Assembly: GCA_951406725.2 (NCBI GenBank)
Contig: OX597832.1
Coordinates: 18,848,001 to 18,912,000 of the forward strand
Length of the DNA stretch: 64,000 nt
Source: Octopus vulgaris
Lineage: Eukaryota
Direction of reading: 5' to 3'
Shown here: positions 42,089 to 57,310 of the stretch, piece by piece
Layout of the letters: every line of letters starts with the position of its first letter
How positions within the stretch are numbered: the stretch's first letter is position 1
Translations under genes and position numbers: made by a program
The notes under the pieces: generated by a model
What the model was told of the DNA's origin: nothing
Database searches by the model: none
Seen by the model: only the letters and a program-made list of their open reading frames with translations

Positions 42089-42978
42089 ATGTATAATCTC
42101 TATCTATCTCTCTGTCTATATATATAAAATGACATTAACTAATGTGACCTTCCATATTTTAAGGGAGCCAGTTGTAATTTGCGGACAATTTTCTGCTAAT
42201 TCTTGATGATCAAGCATATACCTGGAATTGGTTTCGATATAATCGAATGCTGCTTCTCACAGAATTAAATACAGATTGGCTACTTTAAAAATCAAATATA
42301 AAATATAAAACATACTGAGAAATGACTAAATATATCAAATCAAAAATATCAAATGTGTGTGATATCATTCAGATAATATATCACATGCAGATATAACTAG
42401 GTATAACTTACGTAGTTATATCTGCATATATAGATATCGCAGATTATTGCAATCTGAATTATTGCAGATTTGCTGTACATTGATGCACGGCAAGTATATT
42501 GGTGTGCGAAACAAAATCAGATCAAAATATGCAAGCAAAAACAATGTGCTAGGATGGGTGGTAACGCGCTCAATATTGTGCAAATGCTTTCTTTATGGTA
42601 TGCTAAATTGCCACATCATACATACGTTACGTTCCATATTGAACAACCGCACGCACGTAGACACACATGCAAGCACTTTTGTGTGTACGTACAAAGGCAG
42701 ACCCATAAACCAAAACAGATACGGGCATCCACTTATATAATTTTCTAGTTCTGTGAATAAGGATAAGGTATAAATTTAGGCTTTAATAGATCATATGATT
42801 CGTTCATTGATCCACTGATTAGCTATTTCAACTATATGTTTTATTCAGTTATATTCTACTTACCGTCATGCTTGTGTGTTCAAAGCAACTGTATATTTCT
42901 CATTATTTAACTAACCCACCTTATGCAAATATGCGTATCTTTGTGTTATATATACGTGCATGAAAATTTCTACAGACT

Positions 42979-43050
<72 letters not shown>

Positions 43051-43073
43051 TATATATATTGTTCATATATATA

Positions 43074-43156
<83 letters not shown>

Positions 43157-43184
43157 CTAGTAAAATTTACAGATAACGCACAAT

Positions 43185-43235
<51 letters not shown>

Positions 43236-43255
43236 TATATATACACATATATATC

Positions 43256-43335
<80 letters not shown>

Positions 43336-44414
43336 GGGAGACAGATATGGATGTCTGCATGCAATTGCGCATACTTAAATACATGAGTGATAGTAAATGG
43401 GTATGTATATGAGCATTTATCGATAATTTACCAATCACAGCTCCAAAGAAGATTCGCTCCTTCAGATGGATCAATAATGATGCACAAAAGCATTAGGACT
43501 TTGCAAAACAATAATTGAAGAAAAGAACCATTACAAAAATCTAATAAAAATAATTATATGAAATATATATACGAGAGATACGAAAGTGACATCGCTAGAA
43601 ACATACTTGAGAAGATGGTCGAAATATATGGCCGATAAATAAGACGTACAGTGAAGACGTTACTATATAATCCCTTTTATCGTCTGCGTGTGTTTTTCTT
43701 AAGGGACAACAAAAACGAAAGTAAATATAGTTATTAGAGTCCTCGCTCCGTATATATTCCTCACAACAATGTCTTGTGTTGTGTGATTAGAGCACAGCAA
43801 CACGTTTGAATGTGAGTTACTTTCAGAAAGATGATAGTAATATTGAATAATATATTTGTTATGGAAAATATTTCTTCTGAATTCTTCTGAAGTATTTTTT
43901 TTTTTCAAAATAGGCTACAGAAAAGTACATATTTCCTCTCTATATTTCTGTGTTTTGTTTGTACATATACATATAACTCTGTGTGTGTGTGTGTAATATG
44001 TGTATTATATCTGTATTCTTGGTGTCAGTTACTATGTATTTACCGGCATGCGTTTGCAATAATGTGTGGTTAAATAAAATATTATTATTATTGTATTGAA
44101 GAATCTGCTTACTGGGTAATTTTGTGTGATTACAGGTATGTGTTTAATAGCCATATATCTAAACAGTTATATACATAAATGTATATGTCCGTATATATAT
44201 TGTATATACATACATTCATACATATATATACGAATATATATATGTGTGTGTGTTTGTGTGTGTGTGTGTATTTATGTATGTATATGTATAAATACATATA
44301 TATATATATATACATGTATAACTATATGTGTATATATATATATAATTCTTATATATGTGTATATCTACATGTATATATGTGTATATATATATGTATATAT
44401 ATATATAGAGAGAG

Positions 44415-44479
44415 AGAGATAGATAGATATATATATAGATAGAATGATAGATAGATAGATAGATAAATAGGTAGATAGG

Positions 44480-44521
<42 letters not shown>

Positions 44522-44550
44522 TATAGATATATATATAGATAGATAGATAA

Positions 44551-44598
<48 letters not shown>

Positions 44599-44600
44599 TT
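44415..44600. repeat. (GATA)n
   Basis: Direct reading. Confidence 0.95.
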
Positions 44601-45654
44601 AACAGATAAATAGATACGCATATAGAAAATACAGGAATACATACGTACATACATTCTTGCCTACCCAGGTAACAACATACATGCATAAATACATATTTGC
44701 ATACATACATAGACACATACACACGAACACAGACACACACATACATACATACACATACGCATATAAACAAACATACAGGCATACATACATTCATACATAC
44801 ATACATTCATACATTCATATATGCATACATGCTGAAACGAGTCAAACTGCCAAAATATTATGTATTAAGTAAATCCTCGAATATGAACGCACACAAACAT
44901 GAACTCACTACTGAAGGACATATTTGCATAAATCTTTACTCATATGTTTTGTCAATACCGTCATTTTAGGTATGATATACAAGTTTAGTGAATCGTTTCT
45001 TTGACAACATAAGTATAAGTTTGTGGTGGACTTGGGTTGTAAGCAGTTCAAGATATACAATATATATATATATATATATTATCATGATTACATATATGTC
45101 TCATATATATGAAAATATACTTACAATATATATATATATATATATGGGAGGGGGTGTATGTATGCACGTCTGTGTGTCTTTTCTATTTATATATAAGGAA
45201 CTATATATTATCTTATTCTTTTATTCTTTCAATTTTTCAGTCACTTGACTGCAGCCATGCTGGAGCACCGCCTTCATTATATACATATATATATGAAAGG
45301 AGGTTTGAAAATGCAATTTTAAAGATGTTTATTTACTTGACCGGTTTCACTTTTTTAGGAAAAGATTGTCAAAATTAAAGTGTAATTGTATAAGCATTGT
45401 TGTGTTAAGTACTTGTTGTCACAAAAGTATTATACTACATATATACATTCTTTGATAATAAAAAGAAAATGTTAAAAACAGTTTACAAGAAAGTATGTAA
45501 GAAAATATTCAACAAAAAGTGTTAGGAGTTCAATAAAAATCATGTTTGTTTGGTAGTATATATATATATACACACACAGAAGGGGATATACTAAAGAGTT
45601 TACAAAGAATTTGAGAGGAACCAAGCCAAAGCTGTCTTCCTATCATTTAGCTTT

Positions 45655-45715
<61 letters not shown>

Positions 45716-45776
45716 AGGTGGTGCTATTAAGTTAGACATGGCCTGGGCCAATAATGGCCGAAACCTATCAAAGTAT

Positions 45777-45815
<39 letters not shown>

Positions 45816-45817
45816 AT

Positions 45818-46112
45818 GGGAGGCGCAATGGCCCAGTGGTTAGAGCAGCGGACTCGCGGTCATAGGATTGCGGTTTCGATTCCCAGACCGGGCGTTGTGA
45901 GTGTTTATTGAACAAAAATACCTAAAACCTCCAGGACGCTCCGGCAGGGGGTGGTGATCCCTGCTGTACTCTTTCATCACTCTTTCTCCCAATATTTCTT
46001 CTGTTGGCCTGCTCGCTTAGCCAGCGGGGTGGCGTCATTCAAAGGCTAAAACAATGCGAACGCATTGAGACCAGTGATGTGTTACAACATCTGATGATCT
46101 GGTCGGTCACAT
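45818..46112 (+). mobile_element. tRNA-derived SINE (group C)
   Basis: ggaggcgcaaTGGCCCAGTGGttagagc...GGTTTCGATTCCc A and B boxes followed by a non-tRNA body. Confidence 0.88.
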
Positions 46113-47566
46113 GGTGGTGGTGTTGGTGGATATATATATATATATATATATATACACATTTACACACACACCCATATATATATATATATATATGCATATA
46201 TATATATATATATATATATATACTGTAAACAATTTTCACTGAAGGCCTGGTATGTTGGAGGATGGGTTCATCGATTACATGGACTGGTAGTGCTCAACTG
46301 CTACTTATTGTATCGGCCTTCTACGGATTTGGACCTCAGAATGTAAAGGCGGATGAAATGCAGTTAAGTGATTTGTCCGGCACCCTAACGATTCTGATAA
46401 CTTTCCACATTTTCGTATGTGCATACCTATGTGTGTGTGTGTATGTTCGTGTGCATATTTGTATATATGTTCATATCTTCATAGTTACATATCTTCGTAT
46501 CGATTTATTGATACGTAGCGAATGTAATAACATTATTCCTTCACCCAAACAAGAGCGACCTTTGTACTTATGCAGAAAACGTAATAGTCGTTTTTCTTCT
46601 GTCAACATTTTACAAGGTTTGTATGGCACTAATAATAAAAATACGTCTCAGCTTAGCCAAAATGAAATCAATTGACAGCTAGAACGTCATCTTGAGCTGA
46701 GACTGTACTATAATATAGCCGTGGTAATTCTAGAAATGAAATACTTGACAGAGCGCAGTGGAAAAGGAATGCAAATTTAGTTTTACATACATTTATTTCA
46801 CAGCTTAAACTGTTACATGGAAACAATAAAACTAAAAATATTAGCAACAACGTCATATGCAAAACGAGAAACAGTGTCATACGTAAAAATAATTGCCACA
46901 AATTAACCGTAGCTGTGCAGTATATATCTTAGAATATTTTAATCAGCTATACGTTTTCCTAGAAATGAGGCACTTGATGTCGTTCCAAGTTCAAAATAAG
47001 CAATGTGCCGTGTATATATTTTCTGTTGTAATGAATCAGAAGGCAATTCAGATCGTCCAGAAAAATGACAATTTTCATAACTCTACAGGTTAGTTACGTA
47101 AATAAAGATTCCGTGGGAGGGCGTCAGCCAATTACATCGGCTTAACAGGGTATAATAGTAGTTTTAAATTTTGAAACGAGCCCAGCAAGTTTGGGTGAGA
47201 GGTTTAGTCGATTACAGCAATCTCAGTAATCGATAATTATTATATTCGACACCGAAAGGAAGTCAAAGTCGGCCTCGGCGTCATTTGAACTCAGGACGTA
47301 AAGAACCGAAATACAGTGTATATTATTAATTCCAAATTTCGGCACAGGCGCAGCAGGTTTAGACGAAGTGGTAAATCGATTACATCGACTCCAATGTTCA
47401 ACTTGTACATACTTTATTATTGAATGTCTTACACTGGTCATTTATTTCTCTTCGGGTGTTTGAATACAATGAATTTTATTCACCACACATGGTAAGATGA
47501 GATTTGGTTTTATAAAATGGAAAAGGAAACAAAACATATCAAATTATGATCTAATTCTTCAAAGTA

Positions 47567-48126
47567 TTGGGTTGTCCGGAAAGTTCGTACCGATTTATAG
47601 TAGCTTACATTCCGACTTATTTTAGAACATGGTTGAGTTCATAAAATTGAATTTCACTACACCTCCATTTAGGGCACAGTTTAAGCAATCTTTTCGTAGA
47701 TTTATGTTCCTATAACCTGTGTTAATTCTGAAACCCTTTAAAATGGAAGATAAGAAAGTTCATTTTCGGCACTTGATGCATTGGGAACCAGACAAAAATT
47801 GCTGCTGCTCAGCTGGGATGTGTTACTCCACCCTGCATATTAACCAGATATTGCGCCTTCGGATTTCCACTTATTCAGGACTCGGCAGAATAATCTTAAT
47901 GGTAAAAATTTCAATTCCTTGGATGACGTAAAAAGATACCTTGATTAATCTTTAGCCACGAAACCACCTCAATTCTGGGAAGAGGGTATTTTCAAGTTAG
48001 AGAAGAGAAGGAGACGCATTGTACAACAAAATGGTTCATATTTGGTTGATTAAAAATGTAATGGCAAGTATTTATTGACCTTTTTCTTTCCTTTAAAAAT
48101 AAGCACTAACTTTCCGGACAACCCAA
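47567..48126 (+). mobile_element. Internally deleted mariner element with TIRs and TA target duplication
   Basis: TA-ttgggttgtccggaaagtt ... aactttccggacaacccaa-TA; MEDKKVHFRHLM and HPAY*PDIAPSDFHLFR...FWEEGIFKL (YSPDLAPSD motif). Confidence 0.93.
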
Positions 48127-48718
48127 TATATAATCTGGCGATACATTCATTCGTTCATATTATAATTGACACGTTCTCTTCAAATCAAACTAAACTACGT
48201 TCAACGCTTTAACAGGTCTTTCTGAAAATTTTTAAACTATGGATCTCTTTGATTCCTATTTTACTTATCTGAAACTCAACAACCATTCGATGTATATAAC
48301 ACCCAATATACTAGAGTACCCCGCACCGAGGGCCATAATGACTCCAGTTGAGTACCAATGCTTCAAACTATTTAGGATTCGTCTTTTCAATTGCTGAAAT
48401 AATAGACAGCAATTAAAAGGCATCTTACTGTCTATAAGAACGTATAGTCAGACATATTTGCTACGAGTGGAAATTGGTTCGATATATTTCTTCTCATTCA
48501 GGGTTGAACAGTGGCTAAAGAATGACCACACTTATATGATATATACTTTGTGATACGTCTGCATTCCCAATAATACTCTCGTGTCTATATTTCTACAGTT
48601 AACTATTTTTTATTCTTTTACAAGTTTCCATCTTATATTTAGTCATGAAAATCAAGCTAAAAAATTACACAGCATACACAGAAACACATTGTAGACAGAA
48701 CAATTGAGAGCATATATC

Positions 48719-48773
<55 letters not shown>

Positions 48774-48923
48774 ATACACATACATATATATAATATACAT
48801 ATATATATATATATGTATACACATACATACATATATATGTTAATATATATATACATATCTAAATCTATACATATATGTATATATACATAAGTATATATTA
48901 ACATATATATGCATATTTATATG

Positions 48924-49016
<93 letters not shown>

Positions 49017-49477
49017 GCGTGTGTACGTATGTGTGTGTGCGGGCACATTTATGTATTACTATATTACAGAAATACATACCTTCATGCAAAAACACCCACA
49101 AATGCATATAATATATATGCATGTATATATATATATGTGTGTGTGTGTGTGTATACATAAAATACATGGAGTGCACGCCTGCATGCAGTTATTTGGGCAT
49201 AGAACTTATTCACATGCTCGTAAAGATACGTGTTTCTGACACGTAAGGTAATGCAGAACATTGACTGCCGGGCACACATGCATATATGTACAATGAACCT
49301 TCCTGCCACTTGTACGTGGATGTGTGCATGTATACATGCATACTTACGTACCTGCATAGCTTGACACACAAAAGCAAATATATATTATCATTTATATATA
49401 CAGATATGAACTGCATGAACGTGCACGCATACGCATATAGACATATCTATAAACATACTTACTTCCTACGTACAGAC

Positions 49478-49835
<358 letters not shown>

Positions 49836-49942
49836 CAGAGAGCGAGAGAGAGACAGAGAGAATGGTCTCAGTCAAATGACTGAAACAAGTAAAAGAGTAA
49901 AGAGTATATATAATCAAAATAAGAAAATAGGATACGATGTAG

Positions 49943-49997
<55 letters not shown>

Positions 49998-50056
49998 AGA
50001 GAGAGATATATATATATATAGAGAGAGAGATAAGTATATATATATATATATAGATG

Positions 50057-50090
<34 letters not shown>

Positions 50091-50264
50091 AAGAAACATT
50101 AAGAGATAGATTGAGAGATAGATAGATACATACATATATACATTAATAAATAGATAGATTGATGGATAGATCGGTAGACAGATGTACAAATATGTTCAAG
50201 AATACAGACACATAGCTTATACTACACATAGATCCAGCATAGCCCACAAGCGCCAGTACGAACG

Positions 50265-50301
<37 letters not shown>

Positions 50302-51237
50302 TCACACACACACACGCACTCACACGCAAGCAGTTAAGCACAAATGTGGTTTTTCTCTGTACTTATTCTTCGTGTTGTGTTTCTCTTTTATTTTAGGCTC
50401 AATCTTTGTGTCTCTTAAATCTGAAGTTTATGTCTCTGCTACCGGCTAGAATTGGCTCGGTGAACAAGTACGCTTACTTAACAACGATCTTATGTCACAA
50501 GCCAGCTACCTTAGCGTTGTTTGACGATTAAATACACCAACAGACAGGTGACAATACGAAGAGACAAGTAGATATGTTTTAAAGATATCACGGACTTCTC
50601 AGTGCGCGTGATGGATGTATAACTAAAAGTGTGTTGAGGTTCATTTGCTTTGTTTTCTATATATTTCTTGTTTTTCTAATGTTTTTTTTTTTGTGCTGTA
50701 GTTATCCTTCCTTTCCGCCAGTTCATTTAGTTATTTATTTTTAATTTATTTATCAGTTTGTTTATTTGTTTTTTTCTTATTTATTTGCCTTTTATTCTAG
50801 GTCGATTAGTAAAGAGAAATATTTCACAACACGCAGTTAGAGAGAGACACATGTAAGTACACTATTGTAGGTGCCCACACACATACACAAACACACACAC
50901 ATACACACACATTCACACATATGTATACATACACACATAAACGCACACGCAGAAACACACCTATATGCAAATGAATATATATGTGTGTATGTGTGTTTGT
51001 GTTTAGATACGTACGCATATATGTATATACAGATATATATATATATATATATATGCATACATATATATATACACGGATACATATATACCTATATATATAT
51101 ATGTATTTATACGTATGTATGTGTACACACACACACACACTCACACATATATATATAAATATATATATATACCCATATCTTTACATACAGACAGACACAT
51201 AGACAGACAGATATATAGGTAGACAGATAGATAAATT

Positions 51238-51298
<61 letters not shown>

Positions 51299-52714
51299 GA
51301 ATGTATTCATATAACGTAAGTATGCTATGTAAATACTCAGTACGATATTCTAAAGTGGCAAATAGAACTATATACGAAACAAGAAAGATGGGATATTAAT
51401 CCTAACAGGTGCTTAAAATGGCTGGGACGTATATTTAGTAGGAAATAAGGATACATAATTTGAAACGAAATAATAATGCGTACGTACGTAAATTTTCACA
51501 CACGTACGTACATATATATTTATCTAATTTCTGTTCTATGTCTAAGTATCTAAATTTTTTGTTTAAAGAATAAGTTGCTTTCTGAAACAGATGAATATTT
51601 TCATCGCTCGATCGTGCATAACACAATTTTTAATGTTCAACTTACGGATAGTAATTTATAATGTGGGTGTAATGTAGTTGGTTTCTTCCTCTGAAAACCC
51701 ACGTATACACAATTGTCACTTACGAAATTTCTCATAAAATTATGTGTGCTAATCATGGTCTTTTAATGTGTGCTTAAATGTGCATTCCTAATTTTGGTAT
51801 AGAACCTTAATGCTTCAAGCGTATACTTGTGTATGTTCAGGGATCGGAATGTCGATGGAGGCCTAGGATCGTGTTTAACTTGATTCAATTATAAGTGGTA
51901 TGGTTGCTCCACAATTGGTTAGTACGTTCAACCCATGCAGGACTAACTTTGCACATACGGAACACGAACGTATGGTACCTTATATCTGGTACTTGTAGCT
52001 CCACTTTTGTGGAGGGTACGGTCTCTCAGTAGCACATTCGTTTTGATTTCAGTAGCCTGTAAAACACAGGGAATCAATGACGGCTCATATTGAGGGGTTG
52101 TAGAGACTGGTTGTAGAGACTGTTTGAAAAATTAGTGTTTGAAAAATTTCCTCTTTTTTTAAAAGTGCACTCTCACTGTTAGAATGTAATGTATACTTGC
52201 TGATGTAGTAACCAAAATGTGGTATATAGTAATTTTTTAAAAACTTGTATCAATCAATTATGCGAAACTTCACTGGCAGCAAATTTGAACTACCGATTCA
52301 TATTAATTGAATACATATTCAAATGCTTATCTAGCCTCTATAGACACGCATTGCTTTATTGGACACAAAATTGCGAATTAAATTACGTCTAAATAAAGCT
52401 GAATAAAAATATAATTAACTTAATCGAAGAAATATTTTATGGGATAATAATGAACAGGACCATTTGAATTTCTGAATCTAATTAACATAAATGACTTTAA
52501 TGAACTTTAATGAACTTTAATGAACTTTCATGGCGCTTCATTTCAAATAAAACACATGAAATCATATTAAAATTTATCAATAATTTAGTCTGTATATCCT
52601 AAATACAGAGAGCAAGACTTAGTCTCTTGAAGCAAACCGTTAGCGAAATATAGTATATAATCATTTCACATCATTTATTTCACAGCCAGTGCTATTCATA
52701 ACGAAACGATTCAA

Positions 52715-52716
52715 AG

Positions 52717-52751
<35 letters not shown>

Positions 52752-52754
52752 AAA

Positions 52755-52794
<40 letters not shown>

Positions 52795-52795
52795 C
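52715..52795. repeat. (GAAA)n
   Basis: Direct reading. Confidence 0.95.
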
Positions 52796-53157
52796 GGAAG
52801 GAAAGGAAGAAAAAATCAGAGAGGGACAGGCGGATATAGACAGACAGATAGGAAGCTGACTATAATTTAGTGTCTTGGAAGAGTAAAGAAAAATAGTATG
52901 GCAAAACGAAGGAAACTGGTGTGCTGTTGTGAATTCGATGAATTAGACGGCATATCTAACTGAAAGAGTATGTTACGGTGTTGGGAAAAAGAGTGACATA
53001 CTGACTAACACACCGATTCGCATCACTCTCTAGAATAGGATAGGCGGTGGGACAGTGGGATATGTTTTCGGTGACGTGTTCAGTCAGGGGTTAATTGGAA
53101 TTTAAACTACTAGCTTTTAAGCAAGTTATTCCATCGACACATTTCAATCGAACAAAT

Positions 53158-53400
53158 ATTCTTTTATTCTTTTATTTGTTTCAGTCATTTGAATGCGCCA
53201 ATGCTGGAGCACCGCCTTTAGTCGGGTAAACTGACCCCAGGACTTATACTTTTTAAGCCTAGTACTTATTCTATTGGTTACGTTTCGTCGTACTGATAGT
53301 TTATGGTGACGTAAACACACTATCATCTGTTGCCAAGCGATGTCGGTGGTGGGGCAAACAGAGATACACAAACATATACACACACATACGTGCATACACA
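53158..53400 (-). mobile_element. SINE family A, 3' half
   Basis: gtttcagtcatttgaatgcgccaatgctggagcaccgcc... is the reverse of the family tail. Confidence 0.88.
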
Positions 53401-53402
53401 CA

Positions 53403-53456
<54 letters not shown>

Positions 53457-53547
53457 TATACGTAAACACACATATAGCAGACAAACTGAAACTCTGAGAG
53501 ACATGCCATGAAATGGATATAGATAAATAGAAAGAATTCTGAGTATA

Positions 53548-53710
53548 GGCATAGGAGTGGCTGTGTGGTAAGTAGCTTGCTTACGAACCACATGGTTCCG
53601 GGTTCAGTCCCACTGCGTGGCACCTTGGGCAAGTGTCTTCTACTATAGCCTCGGGCCGACCAATGCCTTCTGAGTGTATTTGATGGACGGAAACTGAAAG
53701 AAGCTCGCGG

Positions 53711-53780
<70 letters not shown>

Positions 53781-54028
53781 TAAATGTATGTATGTCTGTG
53801 TGTATATGTTTGTGTGTATGTGTTTGTCCCCACAATCGCTTGACGACCGATGCTGGTGTGTTTACGTCCCCGTAACTTAGCAGTTCCGCGAAAGAGACCG
53901 ATAGAATATGTACTAGGCTTAGAAAGAATAAGTCCTGGGTTCAATTTGTTCGACTAAAAAGCGGCGCTCCAGCATGGCCGCAGTCAAATGACTGGAACAA
54001 GTAAAAGAGTAAAGGAGAGTAAAGAGAG
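53548..54028 (+). mobile_element. SINE family A, full length (tRNA-like head, CORE-like segment, internal microsatellite, LINE-like tail)
   Basis: tggctgtgtgg (A box), gggttcagtccc (B box), ccttgggcaagt, (TA/TG)n, ggcgctccagcatggccgcagtcaaatgactgg, A-rich tail. Confidence 0.92.
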
Positions 54029-54757
54029 CGTCTACGTGGGTTTTATATCTGTTTGGGGCAGAGTTAAGTAAACCATCAACTAAGACACACTGTGATCTGA
54101 TTGGGATCTCTCTGCACCATGAATTCGCCTACAAATTTAACTCTCAGCAGTCATTTTTACTATCAATCTGCCCTAAATTTCTGCACAATGATAGTGAGTG
54201 ATTTGAGGGAGATTTTGTTCCTTGAGTAGAAGTGTAGTTACTCTCGTTAAGCATATATTTATACTTTATTTATTTTAATAATTTTCATGCATTGAAACAT
54301 TTAAATTTATATATAACTGCATGTGAATCTAATATGGCAGTTTTGATAGACAGATCTTTTGTAGACAATTGAGAAGCTCCAATCAATCATGTGTGTGTCA
54401 GATGTCATTTTGTAATATTGTATATGGATGTCATTATTTTTCATTTCCCGGTAGGATGCCTTAATAATATATCCTCTCGCTTGTATCATAACTTAAGTCA
54501 AAAGTTCGTTGGAAGATTTCTCGAACTTTCCAAATGCATTCATTGTGATATTGAAACACAAGATCACATCATATGAGCACTCGATCAATTATAAACTCAG
54601 ATTTTACGAAGAGGTCAGGTATCGTTTCTTCTGTGGCAAAACCTGCGGTAGACACGAAAGTATCGGGTGTTTCATGCTAATATAATAACTATAAATGCTT
54701 TACTCCCAATTTTGTGCTAATTTCTCTGAGCAATATAATCTTATCTTTCGTTATATA

Positions 54758-54988
54758 TTTCTTTACTACCCACCAGGGGCTAAACACAGAGGAGACAAAC
54801 AGGGACAGACAAATGGATTAAGTCGATTACATCGACCTCAGTGCGTAACTGGTACTTAATTTATCGACTCCGAAAGGATGAAAGGAACAGTCGACCTCGG
54901 CGGAATTTGAACTCAGAACGTAACGGCAGACGAAATACGGCTACGCATTTCGCCCGGCGTGCTAACGTTTCTGCCAGTTCGCCGCCTT
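54758..54988 (-). mobile_element. SINE family B, full length
   Basis: Reverse of ggcggcgaactggcagaaacgttagcacgccgggcgaaatgcg...; flanked by the direct repeat aatataatcttatctttcgttata at 54732 and 54989 (probable target-site duplication). Confidence 0.92.
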
Positions 54989-56007
54989 AATATAATCTTA
55001 TCTTTCGTTATAATCTTAGGAATGATAAGTTTCAGACATACTTTGAATATTTCTTTCAGTCTGTCATCACCACAAGGAGTTGCAGCGCTTTCACTCATAA
55101 CAGCCAAACATTTTTTGAAGAGAATAAAGAACTCGATATATCTGTAGGAAAGATGTTCATCAATGGAAATCTTAAAGTAGGAATTCGTGTTTCAGTAGGG
55201 GGACGACATTTCCAGAGAAAAAAAAACACGTCTTCCGTTAGCTGGCCTTCTGTTTTTCAGCTCCCTTTGAAATTTTGATGCAATGCGAACATAATCTTTA
55301 CAAAAACTACAACACACAGAATCTCAAATAAAGATACTCGTAGATATAGTTATTGCATACTTTAGCAATAGCATTTAATTAGCTTAAATATTTGATATTT
55401 CAAAATATTTCATCTAATTTATTTGCGTTTTTCCTCTCTCCGTACGTTTGCTATATATCATAACATGAAAAATAGTGGCAATCGAACAGGATCGGTAGTG
55501 TCACCGACAAAATAATTTCCGGTATTTAGTTACTATTCTTTACTTTTTCACTTCTAATCCGGCCGAGATCTTTTTGACCTTGTCATTGATATGTGGTCCA
55601 TTTTATAATTAGCAGTGAAATATTAACATTGATTACGACTTCTGAGTTGTCTCCATAAATTTATGTATAGGAATATGCAATTGTAGATGAATATTAAAAT
55701 TATAGTATGAAAAATTTATTGTTGGAATCAAGGTATGCTGTCAAAAGTTAAGAAATGTAGCCATCACATTTGAATATAGAATCAAGTAGTTTGTTTTATT
55801 TTCTTAGAGGTGGAGACGAAATAAAAAATATATATATATTTAAAAAACAGAGGAAATTCATGCCACAGATTGTGACAGAGATCGCAAGAGAGAAACGCAG
55901 AGAGGAAAGAAAGGGATAAAAAAAAATGAAGAAATAGAAAATGATAAAGGAGAGCAACAAACAAACAAAAAACAAGAAGTAATGGTAGAAATAAAGAAAA
56001 AAAATAG

Positions 56008-56132
56008 GAAGAAGTAGAAGAGGTAGAAGAAGAAGAAGAAGAAGAAGAAGAAGAAGAAGAAGAAGAAGAAGAAGAAGAAGAAGAAGAAGAAGAAGAAGAA
56101 GAAGAAGAAGAGGGAAAAGAAGAAGTAGAAGA
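56008..56132. repeat. (GAA)n
   Basis: Direct reading. Confidence 0.95.
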
Positions 56133-56403
56133 AATTGTACGAGAGTAGGGAGCTAGGTACGTTTGCTTTTAAACTATCAGTGATAGGAAGAAAATTATAT
56201 TATTCAGAGTACTAAATCCAGTGTGATGAAGGAGAAGACGAATGTCTTACAGCTCATGTGACCGGCTTCTGCGTATGACAATGCGCCGTTGGACATCCGG
56301 TGTCAGTAAGCCAGTTACCCGACAAGGCATCAATAATTACTTGAACTCTGAGGGAGGTAAATATTTTATGTATTTGTAGGAAATATACTCTACAAAAAAA
56401 AAC

Positions 56404-56483
<80 letters not shown>

Positions 56484-56798
56484 CTATATATATATATATA
56501 TGTATGTATGTATATAAACACAAAATCACATACGTGTTGATGTGGGTGTATATGTGGATATATACAAATATATATGTATGGTTCAATATGTACATAGGAT
56601 AATTGCATCTGTGCGGTAAAAAACATTGCTATCCAACTACATTGTTCCAGGTTCAGTCCCGACTCCCGACTCTTTTATTTTCCTCAGCCAAGCCGAATAA
56701 AGCACTGTGAGTTGATTTATTAGAGGGAAAACTTTTAAAAAATCCATTATACATATACACACACACACACATACATACATACATACATATATACATAC

Positions 56799-56867
<69 letters not shown>

Positions 56868-56868
<1 letters not shown>

Positions 56869-57083
56869 TCTTTTACTTGTTTCAGTCATTTGACTGTGGC
56901 CATGCTGGAGCACCGCCTTTTTAGTCGAGTAAATCGACCCCAGGACCTATTTTTTGTAAGTCTAGTACTTATTCTCTCGGACACTTTTGCCGAACCGCTA
57001 AGTTACTGGGACGTAAACACACCAGCATCGGTTGTCAAGCGATGTTGGGGAGACAAACACAGACAAACATACACACACACATG

Positions 57084-57133
<50 letters not shown>

Positions 57134-57293
57134 ACGGGCATCTTTCAGTTTCTGTCTACCAAATCCACTCACAAGGCATTGGTCAGCCCGAGGCTATAGT
57201 AGAAGACACTTGCCCAAGTTGCCACGCAGTGGGACTGAACCCGGAACCATGTGGTTAGCAAGCAAACTTCTTACCACACAGCCACACCTACAC
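56868..57293 (-). mobile_element. SINE family A, full length
   Basis: Reverse copy of 53548-54028. Confidence 0.92.
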
Positions 57294-57310
57294 CTATATA
57301 TATATATATA

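Noticed and set aside
45818-45890. tRNA gene
   Set aside because: A/B boxes present but no complete cloverleaf, and it continues into a repeat body; a SINE head
52490-52532. (tgaactttaa) x3-4 resembling nuclear receptor half-sites
   Set aside because: Simple 10-bp slippage repeat with no promoter context
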